Notes under the pieces: model-generated
The model's input: only the letters and a program-made list of their open reading frames with translations
Told to the model about the DNA's origin: nothing
Database searches by the model: none
Origin: Isurus oxyrinchus
Taxonomy: Eukaryota
Reading direction: 5' to 3'
Assembly: GCA_026770705.1 (NCBI GenBank)
Contig: JANJGN010000071.1
Location: 868,001 to 932,000, forward strand
Length of the DNA: 64,000 nucleotides
Shown here: piece by piece, positions 60,743-64,000 of the stretch
Layout: each line of letters begins with the position of its first letter
Numbering within the stretch: position 1 is the stretch's first letter
Position numbers and translations under genes: made by a program

Positions 60743-63700
60743 AATTTGTTGCCATTCTCCTCAGTATTGACCATCCCCCCAATTCAGCCTCATCAGTAAA
60801 TATCGGGTTCAGTGGATCCATAAAACATCCAGAGTTAAATATTGAGATTTCTCTCCCCAGCTGAACCCTCACAAGAGTGGAAAGGTGACACTCCACGAGA
60901 GGTGACAGCGCAGGAAGGTTCGTGTGTACAGATTCCATGTCATTACAGTTATCCATCGTGTCTGGAAAACCAACCACGAGGTGGAGTCTGGTTTAATAAT
61001 GAGGAACGGAGAACATTGTCTATAGCCTTTCACTCCAAGGATCACAGTCACGAGTTACCACGGTTCCACCATTGGACCCGGCTGTCTGGAGACCTGAAAG
61101 ATGGTGACTGTTCCCTGATTATAAACAACATCTGACGGGAAGATGCAGGACTTATTTTTTCAGAATAGAATTTGACAACAGTAATAGTTACAGCTACTAT
61201 CCTGCAACCCAGCTTCACATTTCTGGTAAGTGCTGTGTTATAATTACTCAAGAATTCACATTCAACACTCAAGAGGAAATAACGCAAACTGTGACGTTTA
61301 CATATTAACACAAAACACAGCTTATTATAACACACTGTCTGATTCTCAATAACCTGGTGATAGCTTCCAGTTCAGTCCTAAAGCAACCTCTAATACTTGT
61401 TTAATATCAATGATTAAATGTATTGACTGTGTCCATCAATGTTATCAGGTTATCCACTCGCGTCGATCTCTCTAATCCTGTCTCGAAGTCTGACATATCG
61501 ACAGAAGAAAGATTCACATTTCTATGGAGCCTTTCATCACCTCAATATGTACCACGTCACTTCACAGCCAATGAGCTGATTCCTGAATTGTAGTTACTGT
61601 TGTAATGTGAGAAACACAGCAGCCAATTTGCGCACAGCTAGCTCCCACAAATTGCAAAGTAATAAATGGCCCAGATCGCTGAGGGACTGATGGGGTAGTG
61701 CACTCCAAACTCTGGTCTGCTCCTCCACCCTCACCCACTATTATCAGTTCAAGTGTCTCGGACTGAACGTGTATTAAGCTGAGAGACAGAAACACCAAAG
61801 TCTTAAAGCAGGAAATTCTCTCCTGATCGTTGTAACCTCTCAGTTCTGATATCATCCTTGTAAAAGTGCTTTCTCTTGTGGGACTGTGATTTCTCTTTGA
61901 ACTAATGCTTCACGTTATATTTCTCTAAAAGGATCCATTCTCTGTCTGTTAGAATTCACAGATAAACCCACGATATTCCCTGTGAAATTATTGCAGGAAA
62001 GCGTGTGGATGTAAGCTGCACCTTCAACACAACGTGCAATGGAACAGCAGCACCTGTCTTAACCTGGGACACTCCCACTGACGTACCTGTATCAGTCTCA
62101 AACACTGTAACTCAGCATGGTGTCACTCTGACCTATACTTCTGTTCTGACCCTGATCCCATCACTCAAACACCACGGACACACTCTCAGCTGCAGAGTGA
62201 GATATCCATCTGTTTCATCGGAGCGGACCCTCGTACTAACTGTACAAGGTAAGTTGAGATATCCTTCATTCTACATCAGCACTCCCTCAGCGCTGACCCT
62301 CTGACAGTGCAGCCCGTTCTCAGTGTCCACATTCTCAGACCTCTCAAAGTGCTTCACAGTCCATAGAAGTTAATTGATCTTTATTTGATTGTTGCTGAAT
62401 GAAGAGACAAGCTGTTTAAACTTTAAATCTCACACACATTATTTTCCATGGCAACACATCCACATATCAGAGACCACTTGCCAACCAATCAGCACTCTCT
62501 TCCCTTTAAATATAAATTGTTGTTCACTCTCTGTTGGTAAACATGCGATCTGTCTTGTTGAGTCCTGCCCTGATATCTGAATATCACAATGAACAGAACA
62601 AGTTCCAACAATGAGCTGTGGTTGGTGATTCCTCACGTTAAATCCAGGGACACTGGAGACTATCAGTGTTTGGCAGAGAATGAACATGGAGCAGTGGAGG
62701 GATTCATAACCATCACTGTGGAATGTGAGTGTACACAGATTTCATCATCTGTCTCAGATTGAAACATGACACAAACACACACAAATATACAGACCTAAAT
62801 AGACACCTGCAGATACACAATCCCTCGTATATGAGCACACACAAAGACACAAACAAACACACTAGCACAATACTCCCCAGTGGGTTACCTGACCTCCCTC
62901 AGTGCTGCACTGGAGAGTTGACCTGGATTCTGAGATTTCTGTTCCCTTTCATGTTTATGGAAGAATATGGAAATTGCAAAGTCTATTACAGACACTCAGA
63001 TGCATAGAGACACTCACAGATACTCTCTGTCTCTCCAACTCTCTATCCTCCTTTAAGAAGCTTCCTGAAACCTAACCCTTTGACCAGTCAATTGTCCCAA
63101 CTCTTCCTTACCTGAATCTGTGTGAAATTTTGTTTGAGTATCTGAGAGTAAGAGAGAGGTGGAGAGGTTTAGGAAGGGAATTCCTATTGGTGAAAAGCTT
63201 ACATCATGTTCTCACTTTTCCAGTGCCCGTATTTCACCTGATGTCCAATGTCCTTGTTTATAATAGGGATTGCCTATGTAAACGTCACGCTGTAGTTACA
63301 CTGTACCACCAGTGGTGCACAGTAGAACTTAACCCTTGCATCTCTCAGCTTTTCAAGCAAATCCACTTCCCAGTTTGCCTCACAAGCTGTGAGTTCATCG
63401 GAATTAAATTATTTCTCAAATGGTAGATTTGATGTCATTTTATTGAAAACTTCCTCAGTGCCTCCCTGAAGGGTTTACACTCTCTGGGAAGCAGGAATAG
63501 GCTGGATGTTGGGGAGTTCATCTTTTCCCAGAGAGCAGTGATCCTCGGGAATGTGCTGTCTGTGGGTGTGGTGGTTGCTGTTGCTCTGTTGCCTTCAAGA
63601 GGGATCTGGAGTGGTTACTGACTGGGGGAGAGATCATGGAAGCAGAGAATGATACAGCACAGGAGGAAGTCATTCAGCCCATTGTGCCTGTGCCAGGTCT

Positions 63701-64000
63701 TTCAATGTTCTATCCCATCAGATCCACTAACCACCACTCCACTTTGCCCCCATCTTCCTCCTTCAAGTGTTTATCCAATTTCCCTTTTGAAAGTTCCTAT
63801 TGAATCTGCTTCCACCGCCCTTTCAGGCAGCACCTTCCAGATCACAACAACTCGCTCTGTCAAAACAAATTCTCCTCATCTCCCCCTCCAGTTCGTCAAT
63901 CTGTGTCCCTCTGGTTACCGACCCTCCTGCCCCGTAAATACATCGATACTGTTCACCTCGACCACTCCCTGTGGGAGCGAGTTCCACATTCTCCCCTCTC

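Larger units (their letters stand above)
55028..62724 (+). pseudogene. Gene B: paralogue of gene A with disabled V2, C2 and first Ig-repeat exons
   Basis: Leader 55028-55067 and V1 57187-57564 intact. V2 60861-61225 has TGA at 61133-61135 plus a 1-bp deletion. C2 61953-62248 is 296 nt (-1). Only the 3' half of the Ig repeat (62580-62724) remains. Confidence 0.85.

Overview
Eukaryotic, repeat-rich DNA, most likely from a cartilaginous fish. This is inferred from the HE1/HER1-type SINE/LINE tails, Deu-domain SINEs and CR1/L2 LINEs. The window is part of a tandemly duplicated Siglec-family (CD22/MAG/sialoadhesin/CD33-like) receptor cluster on the + strand. One gene (gene A, CDS 26324-43761) can be fully spliced by hand with GT-AG sites and consistent phases: leader, TWO V-set exons (both keep the sialic-acid-binding Arg), one Siglec C2 exon, EIGHT near-identical Ig exons, an uncharged TM exon, and two cytoplasmic exons with ITIM (ILYANI) and ITSM-like (TEYAQI) motifs, about 1252 aa in total. 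A duplicated paralogue (gene B, from 55028) has an intact leader and first V exon but disabled later exons. Upstream lie a divergent Siglec leader plus V exon truncated by a Gypsy relic, orphan cytoplasmic exons with an altered ITIM (LLYANP), and a degenerate three-exon secreted-prepropeptide gene with a hepcidin-like layout and promoter. The remainder is LINE/SINE/solo-LTR debris, TE-derived minisatellites, microsatellites and nine N-runs. All calls come from manual reading; no database searches were run.
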